NCBI GenBank assembly: GCA_965602015.1
Contig: OZ271918.1
Coordinates: forward strand, 1-64,000
DNA: 64,000 bases
DNA from: Salinispira sp.
Lineage (GTDB): Bacteria > Spirochaetota > Spirochaetia > DSM-27196 > Salinispiraceae
Reading direction: 5' to 3'
Under the pieces are notes generated by a model, which had not been told where the DNA came from, did no database searches, and saw nothing but the letters and a program-made list of their open reading frames with translations. Shown here in pieces: positions 18,077 to 28,699 of the stretch; the first letter of the stretch is position 1; each line of letters starts with the position of its first letter. The position numbers and the translations under genes were made by a program.

Positions 18077-19304
18077 CGATTCCGCGGTATTCCTTTGCTA
18101 AATCCCGGATTTGGGATTGCTCTATAACCGGGTCCATCAGCCGGTCCATGGTGAATCGGTATTGGTCTTGCAAGATGATTCTTTTCGCATGGGGTATGGT
18201 GTAATTCCGCCACAGTTCTGCCAGTTCATCGGCGGCCACCAGACCTGGTGTTCCGAAACTTTTTTTAATCTGGGTCAGGCTGACGCCCGCGATGGTCCGA
18301 AGGCCGGTGATAAATAGCTCAGTAAAATGCTGCTGAGGGCTTATGTGCTCAGTTTTCCTGCCTCCCGGATATTTGTTTTCCAGTTTTTTATAGGCAAAGA
18401 TATCCGGATTGGTCGTCCGTATTGTTTCAAAGGGATTGTCCGGATGGGGGAGGGTGCTCACGGCGCCGGGGCCGAGACCAAGGTAGGGCCTGAGGCGCCA
18501 GTAGGCAAAATTGTGCAGGCTTTCCCGCCCGGGCAGGGCGAAATTGCTCACTTCATAGTTTCGGTAACCCGCAGATGTCAGTTCCTCAAGGGCGTGCTGC
18601 CACAGTTCGTCTTGCTGCTCTTCTTTGGGAGCCGCCAGCCGGCCTGCGGTAATCCTGGCTTCAAGCAGCGTCCGGGGTTCGACGCTTAACTGATAGAGGC
18701 TTATCCCCTCGGGTCGGTGTCTTATCAGATGCTCGAGATCCTGGGAGAACATTGCGGGCTCCTGCCCGGGCAGTCCATAGATGAGATCGGCATTGAGAGA
18801 GGCGGGTACCTCACTTTCGGCGGCAAATCGCCGCATTCGATTCAAGGCCTCTTCTGCCTGCCGTGGGGTTCCCCGCCGCCCGAGGATTCTCAGGTTCTCA
18901 GGGGAAAAACTTTGAATGCCCAGACTGATACGAATGCCGCGCGCCCGTCCGGCTGCTGCTGATGCCAGAGCGTCGAGGAGCCCGTCGCTCAAGGATTCGG
19001 GATTCGCTTCCATTTCCAGTTCCCCAAGGGGCCGTTGGCCGCTGACACCGAGGCGGTCCAGTAGCTGCCGCAAAAACGATTCGAGTTGCGCCGGGGGGAT
19101 TACGCTGGGAGTGCCGCCGCCCAGGTACATACTTCGAAGCCGGGGTAGGCTGTAGCGCGATGCCAGCAGTTCGGCTTCCGCGAGTATCCCGTCGAGCACC
19201 GAGGTGAGCACCGCCGGGCTCCATCCGGTTTCGAAATAGAAATCGCAGTAATGGCAGCGGCTGCTGCAAAAGGGAATGTGAACGTAGACCGAGAGGTCTT
19301 TCAT
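18069..19304 (-). CDS. hemW: Radical SAM heme chaperone HemW (HemN-like)
   Basis: YVHIPFCSSRCHYCDF, YLGGGTPS, EANP, RISLGIQSF, DLIYGLPGQ, YEVSNFA, HNFAYW, GLGPGA. Confidence 0.88.
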   Translation of the reverse strand: MKDLSVYVHIPFCSSRCHYCDFYFETGWSPAVLTSVLDGILAEAELLASRYSLPRLRSMYLGGGTPSVIPPAQLESFLRQLLDRLGVSGQRPLGELEMEANPESLSDGLLDALASAAAGRARGIRISLGIQSFSPENLRILGRRGTPRQAEEALNRMRRFAAESEVPASLNADLIYGLPGQEPAMFSQDLEHLIRHRPEGISLYQLSVEPRTLLEARITAGRLAAPKEEQQDELWQHALEELTSAGYRNYEVSNFALPGRESLHNFAYWRLRPYLGLGPGAVSTLPHPDNPFETIRTTNPDIFAYKKLENKYPGGRKTEHISPQQHFTELFITGLRTIAGVSLTQIKKSFGTPGLVAADELAELWRNYTIPHAKRIILQDQYRFTMDRLMDPVIEQSQIRDLAKEYRGIAR

Positions 19305-19308
19305 GACC

Positions 19309-19512
19309 TTATCTTCTGCGGCTTATAAAATAGAGGAGGGCGAAAAGCAGCATTACGCCGACGCTCGCCAGGGCGCTCAACAGAAGCCAGCTCTCAAGGC
19401 TGAATGCCGATTCGGCTCCCGGGCTCAACTGCTGAAGCACCGGAATCCAGATTACCAGGAGGGTGAGAAGCGCAAGAATAAAAAATAAGCGTACCGGTTT
19501 GCCGTTATTCAT
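19309..19512 (-). CDS. Small two-TM membrane protein
   Basis: Two hydrophobic helices; ATG 19512 overlaps the upstream stop (ATGA); lies in operon between the epimerase gene and hemW. Confidence 0.55.
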   Translation of the reverse strand: MNNGKPVRLFFILALLTLLVIWIPVLQQLSPGAESAFSLESWLLLSALASVGVMLLFALLYFISRRR

Positions 19513-20552
19513 CGCGACCTTCCCCATGCTGCCGCAGTCTGCTCAATACCGGCGGCGAAATCGGTTTTGGGTTCCCAGCCGAGTTCCCGGCGGGCCTTAT
19601 CCATGATGAAGTGGTAGTCATGACTGACCTGCTGGATCCGGTACGGGGTGAGGTCCGGCGCTTTTTTGCTGCCGGCCAGGCGAAATGCCCCGCTCATGAG
19701 TCCTGCGGCTATACGGGCAAGCCAGGCGGGTACTGCCAGCTTCACCGGCGGGAGATTCGCCGCCCGGGAACAGTGTTCGGTTAGCTGTTTCCAGTTGATC
19801 AGTTCGTCGCCGGTGATGTTGTACAGCCTCAGCGCTGAACCGGGCTGCTCATCGGTGAGCACATCAAGCAGCGTCACATACGCCGAGACCAGATCGTCAA
19901 TAAACACCGGGCAGGTAAGCCGGAGCCCCCGGTCAACCAGCCCCATTTTGCCCCGTTTTATGGCATCGAGCATGGGATACATGGTGGTGGTATCTCCCGG
20001 TCCGTACACATTTCCCGGTCTGATAATGCCTGTAGGCGGCAAGCTTTTGCTTTTTTCGCAGGCAGCCGCGATGAGCTCCTCACTCTCCAATTTGCTGCGT
20101 TGGTAATGACTGATGAGGGGATAGTAGGGACCTTCCTCGCTGCTGTTTTTCTGGCGACCGAAGCCGTGAACTGAAATACTCGAGGTTTGGATGAATGCCG
20201 ACGGGGGATTCTGCGAGTCTGACATCCAGTCGAGGATGTATTCTACCGGAAGTACGTTGGCCCGATAAAACAGGTCTTCACCGCCCCAGTCCGAGGCGAA
20301 ACCGGCAATATTGATAATCGCTTCGGCGTTTTCCAAAAGGGGCACCAGTTCCCCGCGATTACTGATATCCGCCCTGACGGCTCGCAGCGACCCGCCGGGT
20401 TTTTTTACTCCGTCGAAGCCCGCGTCGTATCGTTTGATGCTTCGGGGCTCATGAGACCGATATGTGCCGGTTACCGCATGACCCCGGGCGGCCAAAGCTG
20501 CCGCAACGTGGGATCCGATAAAGCCCGAGATTCCGGTTACCAGTATGTTCAT
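19509..20552 (-). CDS. NAD-dependent epimerase/dehydratase (extended SDR, 3-beta-HSD-like)
   Basis: ILVTGISGFIG, YQRSK (YxxxK), RPGNVYGPGD, KARRELGWEP. Confidence 0.9.
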   Translation of the reverse strand: MNILVTGISGFIGSHVAAALAARGHAVTGTYRSHEPRSIKRYDAGFDGVKKPGGSLRAVRADISNRGELVPLLENAEAIINIAGFASDWGGEDLFYRANVLPVEYILDWMSDSQNPPSAFIQTSSISVHGFGRQKNSSEEGPYYPLISHYQRSKLESEELIAAACEKSKSLPPTGIIRPGNVYGPGDTTTMYPMLDAIKRGKMGLVDRGLRLTCPVFIDDLVSAYVTLLDVLTDEQPGSALRLYNITGDELINWKQLTEHCSRAANLPPVKLAVPAWLARIAAGLMSGAFRLAGSKKAPDLTPYRIQQVSHDYHFIMDKARRELGWEPKTDFAAGIEQTAAAWGRSR

Positions 20553-20699
20553 ATGTGTAGAATACGGGAAGGCCGGGGTAATGTGAAGGGCGTAAAATAC
20601 TTCCGGCTACCCGCCCGGAAAAAAACATGCTACATTCACTCCAAGTCCGGCGCGCTTGCAAATCAAAGCCGGCGGAATTTGATTCACCTGGAGACTGTA

Positions 20700-21527
20700 A
20701 TGCAGCAGATTAAGCGATACCGTGCGGTAATACTGACCGTTATTGTCAGCCTCTGCCTGACGGCATATATGTATCTGAATCCCCCGCTTGCCTCTACGCC
20801 GCTGCTGCCCCTCGGTCTGTACGGTGACCTTGATTGGTACGTTTCCCGCTTTGCCCTGTCCGCAGCATTTTTCGGATTAATCCCCTTTGCCGCCGCGCTG
20901 CTTCTTGGCTACGGACCTGCGGATCTGGGCATAGTCTACCACCGAAAGATGTTCCGCTGGAAAGCTTATTGGATCATGCTGCCCCTTTTTGTGCTGATCA
21001 TCGCCGCGAGCTCCTTTAACGACTCCATGCGGCAGTTTTATCCGTTCTCGAAAACCATGATCGAGATAAGCATTGAGGTGAGTCCTCTGTTTATGCTTAT
21101 CCACTCCCTGGCTTACCTGCTGTTTTATTACCTGCCCTGGGAGCTTTTGTTCCGCGGTCTGATGATTCTTCCCCTGGTCGCTCATTTGGAGCACCGGGAC
21201 CTGGGCAATAACCGGGTGAATGCCGGCGCCAGGAATCGCGGACTGACCCGGGTTCCCCTGATCCAGACCCGCAATGAAGAGAGCATCGTCAACAGCTGGA
21301 AGAACCCGGCCTTATTGGGTATCGCTTCCCTTCAGACCGTGCCGACCCTTCTCATCCACTTCGCCCATCCGGCGACCGAGAGCCTGGGAACCATTGTCTT
21401 CGGCATCCTGTCGGCGGTCATCGTGCTTCGCACCCGTTCCATCATTCCGGTTCTCCTTCTGCACGCAGCCGCCGGCATCGTTCTCGATTTGTCCCTGTTC
21501 GTTCAGTCTTCCTTGGGAGTATTTTAA
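20700..21527 (+). CDS. CPBP (CAAX/Abi) family intramembrane protease
   Basis: Multi-TM; WELLFRG, LIH...E, RTRSIIPVLLLH. Confidence 0.8.
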   Translation: MQQIKRYRAVILTVIVSLCLTAYMYLNPPLASTPLLPLGLYGDLDWYVSRFALSAAFFGLIPFAAALLLGYGPADLGIVYHRKMFRWKAYWIMLPLFVLIIAASSFNDSMRQFYPFSKTMIEISIEVSPLFMLIHSLAYLLFYYLPWELLFRGLMILPLVAHLEHRDLGNNRVNAGARNRGLTRVPLIQTRNEESIVNSWKNPALLGIASLQTVPTLLIHFAHPATESLGTIVFGILSAVIVLRTRSIIPVLLLHAAAGIVLDLSLFVQSSLGVF

Positions 21528-21548
21528 CCAAAGACTTGAGGAGCTTGT

Positions 21549-22391
21549 ATGATTGCCGACGATGAAGCCCGACGGATACTCGATCGCGCCGCCCAGATTC
21601 AGGCGGAGCGAGGCAGACAGGACCGGACCGCGCTGCCGGAGACCGGTTCCCATGAGGTTCAAGACGGCTCTCAGGGACTCAGTCTGGAGATTCTGCAGGA
21701 AGCCGGTGCGGAAGTGGGGCTTCAGAGGGAAGATCTGCTTATTGCCGCGGCCGAGCAGAAGGCGCCGGGCTACAAAGCCCATTCGGAAAAACTCCTTCGC
21801 AAGGCCGAACTGGCACTCGGATCCAACGTGCGTGTCATACGCCTGGCATTCCGCATGAAATGCCCGGCTTCCACAGCCCCGGGGCTCATCCGGCGCACGG
21901 CGGAAAGCAAGAGCTATGCAATGACCATGGAGTCGATCTTCGGCGATGATATGATTCGCGACGGGGTCATGGTGTTCCGGACCACGGGATACGAAAGCAT
22001 CGAGGCGAACCTGGGAACCAATCCCTTCGTAACCAGAATGCTGACCCTCGATATCAATCGGATACTGATCACCGTCCGCCCACCGGCCGGCGAAGCAGAC
22101 AATGAGTGCGATGTGGTCATCGTGGCTCCCATGGATCATTCCCTGGCCCTCAATTACAAGGTGAGCCTGGGTTTGGCGGCGGGTTTTAGCGCGGTGGTGC
22201 TTGTGGCCGGCGGGCTGCTGTTTCCATTTCCCGCCCTTGCTGCCTGGGCCGGCGCCGCCGGAGCGTCGGGTTTGGGACTCTGGGGGAGCCGGGCTCTCTA
22301 CCGGATCAGCTACCGCCGGGCGGTAAAGAAAGGCCGGGAAGCCCTGCAGGGTTTTGTGGCTGCCATCCAGACTGCGGCCCATACCGGGTGA
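21549..22391 (+). CDS. Hypothetical protein with C-terminal TM hairpin
   Basis: Long ORF with RBS GAGGAG; N-terminal 'EARRILDRAAQIQ...LQEAGAEVGL' helical motif; two C-terminal TM segments. Confidence 0.6.
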   Translation: MIADDEARRILDRAAQIQAERGRQDRTALPETGSHEVQDGSQGLSLEILQEAGAEVGLQREDLLIAAAEQKAPGYKAHSEKLLRKAELALGSNVRVIRLAFRMKCPASTAPGLIRRTAESKSYAMTMESIFGDDMIRDGVMVFRTTGYESIEANLGTNPFVTRMLTLDINRILITVRPPAGEADNECDVVIVAPMDHSLALNYKVSLGLAAGFSAVVLVAGGLLFPFPALAAWAGAAGASGLGLWGSRALYRISYRRAVKKGREALQGFVAAIQTAAHTG

Positions 22392-22523
22392 CCGTCCAAT
22401 ATATTGAATAATTATCAACTTTTTTCGTAAAACATGTATTTTTTTTCATGGTTTTATATACAAAGTTAACCGCCCTTTTTATAATGTTTGGCTATAATCC
22501 GGCTTGTAAAAGGAGTGCGTACC

Positions 22524-23636
22524 ATGAAAAAGCTGATTGTTATGGCAGTTGCAGTGCTGCTAATTGTCGCCATTAGTTCCTGCGGGGGTGAAGCTGAAAC
22601 CATCAAAATTGGTGTCGCCGGTCCCCATTCGGGAGACCTGGCTTCCTTCGGTATCCCGACCATCAATGCGGTCGAGCTCGCCGTTGCCCGGCAGAATGAG
22701 GCCGGCGGCCTTTTGGGCCGGACTATCGAACTGATCATCCTCGACGACGAGTGTGACACCAACCTGAGTCCCACCGTCGCCACCCGAATGATCGGCGAAG
22801 GCGTTGTGGGCGTCATCGGACATATCTGTTCGGGAGCCACCGAGGCTGCCTTGGGCGTGTATCTCGAGGAAGAGATTCCCATCATCTCCCCTTCGGCAAC
22901 CAATCCTTCCCTCACACAGAGCGGCGAGTACCCCAACTTCTTCCGGACCATTGCGCCGGATGATGCGCAGGCGGCTCTTCAGGTCAATTTCGCCGAGAGC
23001 CTGGGTCTGTCCCGCATCGCGATTCTCCACGACCGTCAGTCATACGGGCTCGGTCTCGCTGAATTCGCACGCGGCTACATCGAAGCGACCGACGGCATGG
23101 AAGTAGTAATGTTCGAGGGCATCGAAGTCGGCGCCGACATCTACACCGCGGTAATCAACCGAATCGCCAACGAAGGCGCCGATGCGGTTATGTTCGGCGG
23201 CTACCATCCCGAGGCATCAAAGCTGGTTTCCCAGATCAATGAAACCGGTCTCGACATCGTATTTATCTCCGGCGACGGAGTCCGGGATGACACCTTCATC
23301 GAAATCGCCGGCGCAGAAGCCGAAGGCGTGTTCGCATCGGGTCCCAACGACACCTCTGAAAACGCCATCGCAATCCGCGCCCGGGAAGACCACATCGCCG
23401 AATACGGCGAGGAGCCCGGTTCATTCTTCGACAACGCCTATGCCGCCGCCCTGGCGCTCATGGCCGCCATCGAGTCCGCCGGAAGCACTGATTACGACGA
23501 AGTTACCGCAGCCCTGCGGGCAGACACCGTGCAGACCTCCGTCGGAGCGATTTCCTTCGACAGCATTGGTGATGCCGAAGGCGTCGGTTTCACCATGTTC
23601 CAGGTTCAGAACGGCGTTTACCGGCCGGTCGATTGA
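22524..23636 (+). CDS. livK: Branched-chain amino acid ABC transporter substrate-binding lipoprotein
   Basis: Lipobox ISSC; IKIGVAGPHSG, VIGHICSG, SPSATNP, FFRTIAPDD. Confidence 0.9.
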   Translation: MKKLIVMAVAVLLIVAISSCGGEAETIKIGVAGPHSGDLASFGIPTINAVELAVARQNEAGGLLGRTIELIILDDECDTNLSPTVATRMIGEGVVGVIGHICSGATEAALGVYLEEEIPIISPSATNPSLTQSGEYPNFFRTIAPDDAQAALQVNFAESLGLSRIAILHDRQSYGLGLAEFARGYIEATDGMEVVMFEGIEVGADIYTAVINRIANEGADAVMFGGYHPEASKLVSQINETGLDIVFISGDGVRDDTFIEIAGAEAEGVFASGPNDTSENAIAIRAREDHIAEYGEEPGSFFDNAYAAALALMAAIESAGSTDYDEVTAALRADTVQTSVGAISFDSIGDAEGVGFTMFQVQNGVYRPVD

Positions 23637-23658
23637 TTACCTGATTTGAGAATTGGCT

Positions 23659-23698
23659 ACACCGGGGCGCTTGCCGCTCCGGTGTTTTTGTTTTTTTC
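23659..23698 (+). terminator. Stem-loop with U-tract after livK
   Basis: ACACCGG-GGCG-cttgc-CGCT-CCGGTGT followed by a T-rich run. Confidence 0.65.
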
Positions 23699-23737
23699 CG
23701 GGGGTTCGCTCCTCCGGTACGGGGATGGCTTACACGT

Positions 23738-24640
23738 ATGGAATTCTTCTTTAATCTCCTGATCAGCGGGCTCACAAAGGGAAGCATTTACGCCCTCATC
23801 GCCCTGGGCTACACCATGGTGTACGGGATTATCAAGCTGATCAATTTCGCTCACGGAGAGATTTACATGATAGGCGCGTTTACCGCGCTGATCTTCGCGA
23901 GCCTGTTTACCTACCTGGGACTCCCGGGTTGGGCTGTTTTGCTTCTGGCTGCCACTATGGCGATACTGTTCGCCTCGGGTTACGGCGTGACGATGGAAAC
24001 CATCGCATACCGGCCTATCCGAACCGCTCCGCGGCTTTCCGCGCTCATCAGCGCCATCGGCATGTCCACCTTCCTGCAGAACTACGTTCTGCTGGTTCAA
24101 ACTGAAAACTTTCTGCGCTTTCCGCGCCTGATACCTGATTTCGCCTTCCTTGAACCGCTCAGAGGCTTGGTGAGTTCCCGCCAGCTGGTGATTTTTATCG
24201 TTACCGCAGTGGTGATGCTCGCTCTCTGGATTATGATCAAGGGTACCCGAATCGGCAAGGCTATGAGGGCAACCAGTCAGGACCAGACTATGGCCAAGCT
24301 GCTCGGTATAAACGTTAACCGGGTCATTTCATTTACCTTCCTGATCGGTTCGGCTACCGCGGCCCTCGGTGGTGTGCTCATCGCCACATTTTCGGGGCAA
24401 ATCAATTACCAGATCGGGTTCCTCGCGGGTATCAAGGCCTTCGTGGCGGCGGTGCTCGGGGGAATCGGGTCGATTCCCGGAGCGGTGCTCGGCAGTTTTA
24501 TCCTCGGCCTGTCCGAAAGTTTCGGAGCCGGGTATATATCTTCGGACTATGAGAATGTATTCGCCTTCGTCATTCTCATCCTCGTGCTGACCGTCCGGCC
24601 TTCGGGTATTCTCGGCCGCAACGAAAAGCAGAAGGTGTAA
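23738..24640 (+). CDS. livH: BCAA ABC permease LivH
   Basis: GSIYALIALGYTMVYGIIKLINFAHGE, GKAMRA, KAFVAAVLGGIG. Confidence 0.95.
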   Translation: MEFFFNLLISGLTKGSIYALIALGYTMVYGIIKLINFAHGEIYMIGAFTALIFASLFTYLGLPGWAVLLLAATMAILFASGYGVTMETIAYRPIRTAPRLSALISAIGMSTFLQNYVLLVQTENFLRFPRLIPDFAFLEPLRGLVSSRQLVIFIVTAVVMLALWIMIKGTRIGKAMRATSQDQTMAKLLGINVNRVISFTFLIGSATAALGGVLIATFSGQINYQIGFLAGIKAFVAAVLGGIGSIPGAVLGSFILGLSESFGAGYISSDYENVFAFVILILVLTVRPSGILGRNEKQKV

Positions 24641-24643
24641 ATC

Positions 24644-25894
24644 ATGAGTGATGTTCAAAACAAATCGACCCTGACCTCCCGGCTCCGACGGTCATTTTTT
24701 ACCATGCTGTGGCTTGCCCTGCTGACCTTTCCGCTCGTTGTTATGCGCGACGACCGAATTGAAGGTCAGATTGTCTGGCGCTGGGTTGGCCTCATCGCCA
24801 TGGTAATCGGGGGATTCGTCGCCGCCTTTGTGTGGTATAGCAGCCTTGAACGGAAACAGCTTTCGCTGGCTCACCCGGCATGGATGCAGGCTCTCAAAGA
24901 GTGGGGTGCCAGGCTTGCCGCTGACCGGAAGGCCCGAACGGGAATGCTCGGGGCCCTGGCACTGGCGGTTCTTCTGTATCCCTTCGTGGTCTCCCTGTAT
25001 AACACCAGCATCATGACCACAGCCCTGGTATACGTTATTCTGGGTCTCGGCTTGAACATCATCATAGGATGGGGCGGGCTGTTGAACCTTGGCTACGCGG
25101 CGTTTTTCGCCATCGGGGCATACAGTTACGCCATGCTCAACCAGTACCTGGGAATAGGATTCTGGCTGGCCCTTCCCCTGGGAGGCATAATTTCGGCCCT
25201 GGCCGGCGTCATCGTCGGATTCCCCGTGCTGCGTCTGCGGGGGGATTATCTTGCCATTGTCACCCTTGGATTCGGCGAAATCGTCCGTATCGTCCTGAAT
25301 AACCTGGGAGATATCACCGGTGGACCCGACGGCATTGCCCGAATTCCCCGTCCGGGCTTGTTCGGCATCGATATGCGGCTCCAGGGCAATATCACTTATA
25401 CCTACTTCATCGCGCTTGGAGCGGTGCTCTTCACCATTTTTATCATGCGCCGCATCGAAAGCAGCCGCTGGGGCCGGGCCTGGGAAGCAATGCGCGAAGA
25501 TGAAATTGCCGCCGAGTCCATGGGAGTGGACATTACTCACGCCAAACTGACTACCTTCGCCCTGGGCTCGTTTTTCGCCGGCATCGCCGGGGTCATTATG
25601 GCGGGGTTTACTACCCAGGTTACCCCCAGCGCCTTCGATCTGATGGAGTCCGTAATGATACTCAGCATCGTCATCCTGGGTGGCAAGGGCTCTATTCCCG
25701 GGGTGGTTCTCGGGGCATTTATGCTGAAGCTGCTGCCGGAGTATTTCCGGGCCTTCAGTGAGTTCAGAATGCTGGTCTTCGGAGCGGTGCTGGTGCTGAT
25801 GATGGTCTTTAAACCCGACGGGCTGATAATCAAAGTGAGGAAGAAGTTTCTCCTCAAGGAGGATGAGGTTCTCCAGGGAGGCGGCGATGAGTAA
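24644..25894 (+). CDS. livM: BCAA ABC permease LivM
   Basis: LGLNII.G.GGLLNLGYAAF, LRLRGDYLAIVTLGFGEI, GRAWEAMREDE. Confidence 0.95.
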   Translation: MSDVQNKSTLTSRLRRSFFTMLWLALLTFPLVVMRDDRIEGQIVWRWVGLIAMVIGGFVAAFVWYSSLERKQLSLAHPAWMQALKEWGARLAADRKARTGMLGALALAVLLYPFVVSLYNTSIMTTALVYVILGLGLNIIIGWGGLLNLGYAAFFAIGAYSYAMLNQYLGIGFWLALPLGGIISALAGVIVGFPVLRLRGDYLAIVTLGFGEIVRIVLNNLGDITGGPDGIARIPRPGLFGIDMRLQGNITYTYFIALGAVLFTIFIMRRIESSRWGRAWEAMREDEIAAESMGVDITHAKLTTFALGSFFAGIAGVIMAGFTTQVTPSAFDLMESVMILSIVILGGKGSIPGVVLGAFMLKLLPEYFRAFSEFRMLVFGAVLVLMMVFKPDGLIIKVRKKFLLKEDEVLQGGGDE

Positions 25895-26702
25895 CAAACC
25901 ACTTCTCGAACTTGAAAAACTCACCATGGATTTCGGCGGACTGAGAGCGGTCAACCAGGTTGATTTCGAAATCAGGTCCGGGGAAATCGTGGCCCTCATC
26001 GGACCGAACGGCGCCGGCAAGACGACCTTTTTTAACTGTGTTACCGGGGTGTACAAGCCCACCCAGGGAGACGTTTTTGTCAATGTGCCCGAGGACAGCA
26101 AAGAGGGACGGGGCGGCCAGAAAATTCGGCTGAACGGCATGAAGCCCAACCACATCACCAACATCGGCCTGGCCCGGACCTTCCAGAATATCCGGCTGTT
26201 TCAAAACATGACCGTTTTGGAAAATGTCCTCATCGGCCATCATCTTCGCCTCAAGCAGGGACTGTTCGCTTCGGTCCTGCGGACTCCGACCTTCCTCCGA
26301 GAGGAGGACGAATCCGTCGAGAAGGCCATCGAATTTCTCAAGGTGATGAAGCTCGAGCAGCATATCAATGACCTGGCGAAAAACCTTTCCTACGGAGATC
26401 AGCGCCGGCTGGAAATTGCCAGGGCCCTGGCTACCGAACCCTTCCTGCTGCTCCTCGACGAGCCGGCGGCGGGGATGAATCCCCGGGAGACCGCCGCTCT
26501 CAACGAAGATATTAAGCGCTTGCGGGACGAGGAAGACATGACGATTCTGCTCATCGAGCACGACATGAACCTGGTAATGTCTCTTTCCGAACGGATTTAC
26601 GTGATGGATTACGGACAGCTCATCGCCCAGGGTACTCCTGCGGATATCCGCAAGGATCCGGCGGTCATCAAAGCCTATCTCGGAGAGGAAGTCGATGCTT
26701 AA
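25887..26702 (+). CDS. livG: BCAA ABC ATPase LivG
   Basis: [45 protein letters not shown]. Confidence 0.95.
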   Translation: MSNKPLLELEKLTMDFGGLRAVNQVDFEIRSGEIVALIGPNGAGKTTFFNCVTGVYKPTQGDVFVNVPEDSKEGRGGQKIRLNGMKPNHITNIGLARTFQNIRLFQNMTVLENVLIGHHLRLKQGLFASVLRTPTFLREEDESVEKAIEFLKVMKLEQHINDLAKNLSYGDQRRLEIARALATEPFLLLLDEPAAGMNPRETAALNEDIKRLRDEEDMTILLIEHDMNLVMSLSERIYVMDYGQLIAQGTPADIRKDPAVIKAYLGEEVDA

Positions 26703-27402
26703 GATTGATAAGATCAATACCTACTACGGAAATATTCACGCTTTGAAGGATGTCTCCCTTGAAATAAACGAGGGGGAAATCGTCACCCTCATCGGGGCAA
26801 ATGGTGCGGGAAAATCCACCACCCTCATGTCGGTTTCCGGCGTCGTACCGGTGAGCGGAGGTTCGGTCAGTTTTCTCGGCGAGGAACTCACCGGGCTTTC
26901 ACCCGACGAGATTGTCCATAAAGGCGTCGTTCAGGTTCCCGAAGGCCGGAGGATCTTCCCCCAGCTCAGCGTAAAGGAAAATCTGGACATGGGAGCCTTC
27001 CTGAGAAGGGATAAAAAAGCCATTGAAAAAGACGTCGAGTATGTCTTTGAACTGTTTCCCCGGCTTGCCGAGCGGCGTAATCAGGCGGGGGGAACTCTCT
27101 CGGGGGGTGAACAGCAGATGCTGGCCATTAGCCGGGCGCTGATGGCAAAACCGAGAATGCTCCTTCTGGACGAGCCCTCCCTCGGGCTGGCGCCTCTCCT
27201 GGTGCAGCAGATATTCGAAATCATCACCCTGATCAACAGGGAAAGCAAGGTGAGCATATTTCTTGTAGAGCAAAACGCCCACATGGCTCTTAAAATTGCC
27301 CATCGGGGATATGTGCTTGAAACCGGAACCATCACCATGACCGACGACGCCAAAAGCCTTGCGGCCAACGAAGATGTAAAAAAGGCGTACCTCGGTATAT
27401 AA
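26695..27402 (+). CDS. livF: BCAA ABC ATPase LivF
   Basis: GANGAGKST, VPEGRRIF, LSGGEQQML, DEPSLGLAP, VEQNA. Confidence 0.95.
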   Translation: MLKIDKINTYYGNIHALKDVSLEINEGEIVTLIGANGAGKSTTLMSVSGVVPVSGGSVSFLGEELTGLSPDEIVHKGVVQVPEGRRIFPQLSVKENLDMGAFLRRDKKAIEKDVEYVFELFPRLAERRNQAGGTLSGGEQQMLAISRALMAKPRMLLLDEPSLGLAPLLVQQIFEIITLINRESKVSIFLVEQNAHMALKIAHRGYVLETGTITMTDDAKSLAANEDVKKAYLGI

Positions 27403-27410
27403 TATAATGA

Positions 27411-27839
27411 ATGAAGTTCGAAGCCCACGGCAGTTTCCGTCTCGTGCTCTGCGAGCACGTTATTCTCTGCAGCCTCACAAGCAGTTTTAACTATGAGGCC
27501 GCCAGGGAACTGGACCGGAACGTCAGGGACCTTCTTGAAAAGTCACCCCGAAAAGCGAATCTCATAGACAGCCGCCGCTGGGGCTTTGCTACCCCCGATG
27601 CTTCAGAGGTTCTGGCTGATCTCAACCGCTGGAGCATTGGAAAGGGGCTCGTCCGCAGCGCCCACATTACCCCGGGCAAACTCATGACCAGTATAATAGA
27701 CGGAAACCTCTCCCCCGACGGTCCCCGCTACCGGCGCAGATACTTTTCCGACCTGCAGTCCGCCCGAACCTGGCTGGCCGATGAAGGGTTCCCGATTTCC
27801 GATGAAGAACTGGCGGATTTTTCTTGCCGGCCGGACTAG
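27411..27839 (+). CDS. Hypothetical protein (STAS/SEC14-like alpha/beta)
   Basis: Pattern LIDSRRW...F.DL.SARTWL typical of SpoIIAA-like small proteins. Confidence 0.5.
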   Translation: MKFEAHGSFRLVLCEHVILCSLTSSFNYEAARELDRNVRDLLEKSPRKANLIDSRRWGFATPDASEVLADLNRWSIGKGLVRSAHITPGKLMTSIIDGNLSPDGPRYRRRYFSDLQSARTWLADEGFPISDEELADFSCRPD

Positions 27840-28609
27840 GGACCGGCGAAGTATGCCTGGTAGCCGAGATAGATAATGCTCGCCGCCAGGACGAGGAGAA
27901 ACACGATCCGGACGAAGGAGCTGTTTCGCTTTAACACCATGTGGCTTCCGGTCCAGGCGCCGGCAATCTGAGCTGCTCCCATCAGGATTCCAGGAATTAT
28001 GAGTATGTTCCCGCTGAATAAAAATATGCCCAGGGAAACGATGTTGCTGGTGAAGTTGACCACCTTGGTATGCCCCGTCGCCCGCTTTATATCCATTCCC
28101 GCAAGTGTAATAAATGCGATGGTCCAAAAGCTGCCGGTCCCCGGCCCGAAAAACCCGTCGTAAAAGCCTATCAGCAATCCGAACAGGGCATAAAATGCCA
28201 TCCGACGGATTTTCTCTTTTGACTCCACGCTTCCCAAATCCTTTTTTATCAGCATGAATACAAAAAGAAGGCTAAGCAGAATCGGAATCATCAGCCCGAG
28301 GATGTCCGGATTGATGAGCTGAACAGCCAGGGCTCCGGCGGATGCTCCGGCGAAGGTAAAGGCGATTCCCGGCAGGACCTCTCTCAGGCGCACCAGTCCT
28401 CCGCTGCGGTAGCGCAGGGTTGCGGTGAGGCTGCCGAAGCTCGCCTGCAGCTTGTTGGTGGCGATTGCCTGGAGGGGAGAGAAACCGGTGAACAGCAGAA
28501 GGGGGACGGTTATCATTCCCCCGCCTCCGGCGATTGAGTCGACGAAACCCGCGCCGAATGCGCCGAGAACGAGAATCAGGTAAGCCAGTAGCGGAGCGGA
28601 TTCGATCAT
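27836..28609 (-). CDS. TSUP / TauE-SafE family permease
   Basis: AGFVDSIAGGGGMITVP, ATNKLQ, GFYDGFFGPGTGSF. Confidence 0.92.
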   Translation of the reverse strand: MIESAPLLAYLILVLGAFGAGFVDSIAGGGGMITVPLLLFTGFSPLQAIATNKLQASFGSLTATLRYRSGGLVRLREVLPGIAFTFAGASAGALAVQLINPDILGLMIPILLSLLFVFMLIKKDLGSVESKEKIRRMAFYALFGLLIGFYDGFFGPGTGSFWTIAFITLAGMDIKRATGHTKVVNFTSNIVSLGIFLFSGNILIIPGILMGAAQIAGAWTGSHMVLKRNSSFVRIVFLLVLAASIIYLGYQAYFAGP

Positions 28610-28699
28610 GGCGGCAGTATATGGCGGCTGCGGTCCGGTGGGCAAGCGGAGCGTCAAAAACTGGACAGTTCAATGCTTTGGCAGTATTGTCTTTAGATT

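Noticed and set aside
18069..21527. Radical SAM + CAAX protease as a RiPP cluster
   Set aside because: The radical SAM protein has HemW motifs with no SPASM or RRE domain, the protease is divergently transcribed, and no precursor is evident
24692..26717. Long antisense ORFs (also 36935-38212, 40195-41265, 41307-42410, 51161-52681, 21312-22418)
   Set aside because: They are shadows of well-supported genes on the opposite strand in GC-rich DNA and have no recognisable motifs
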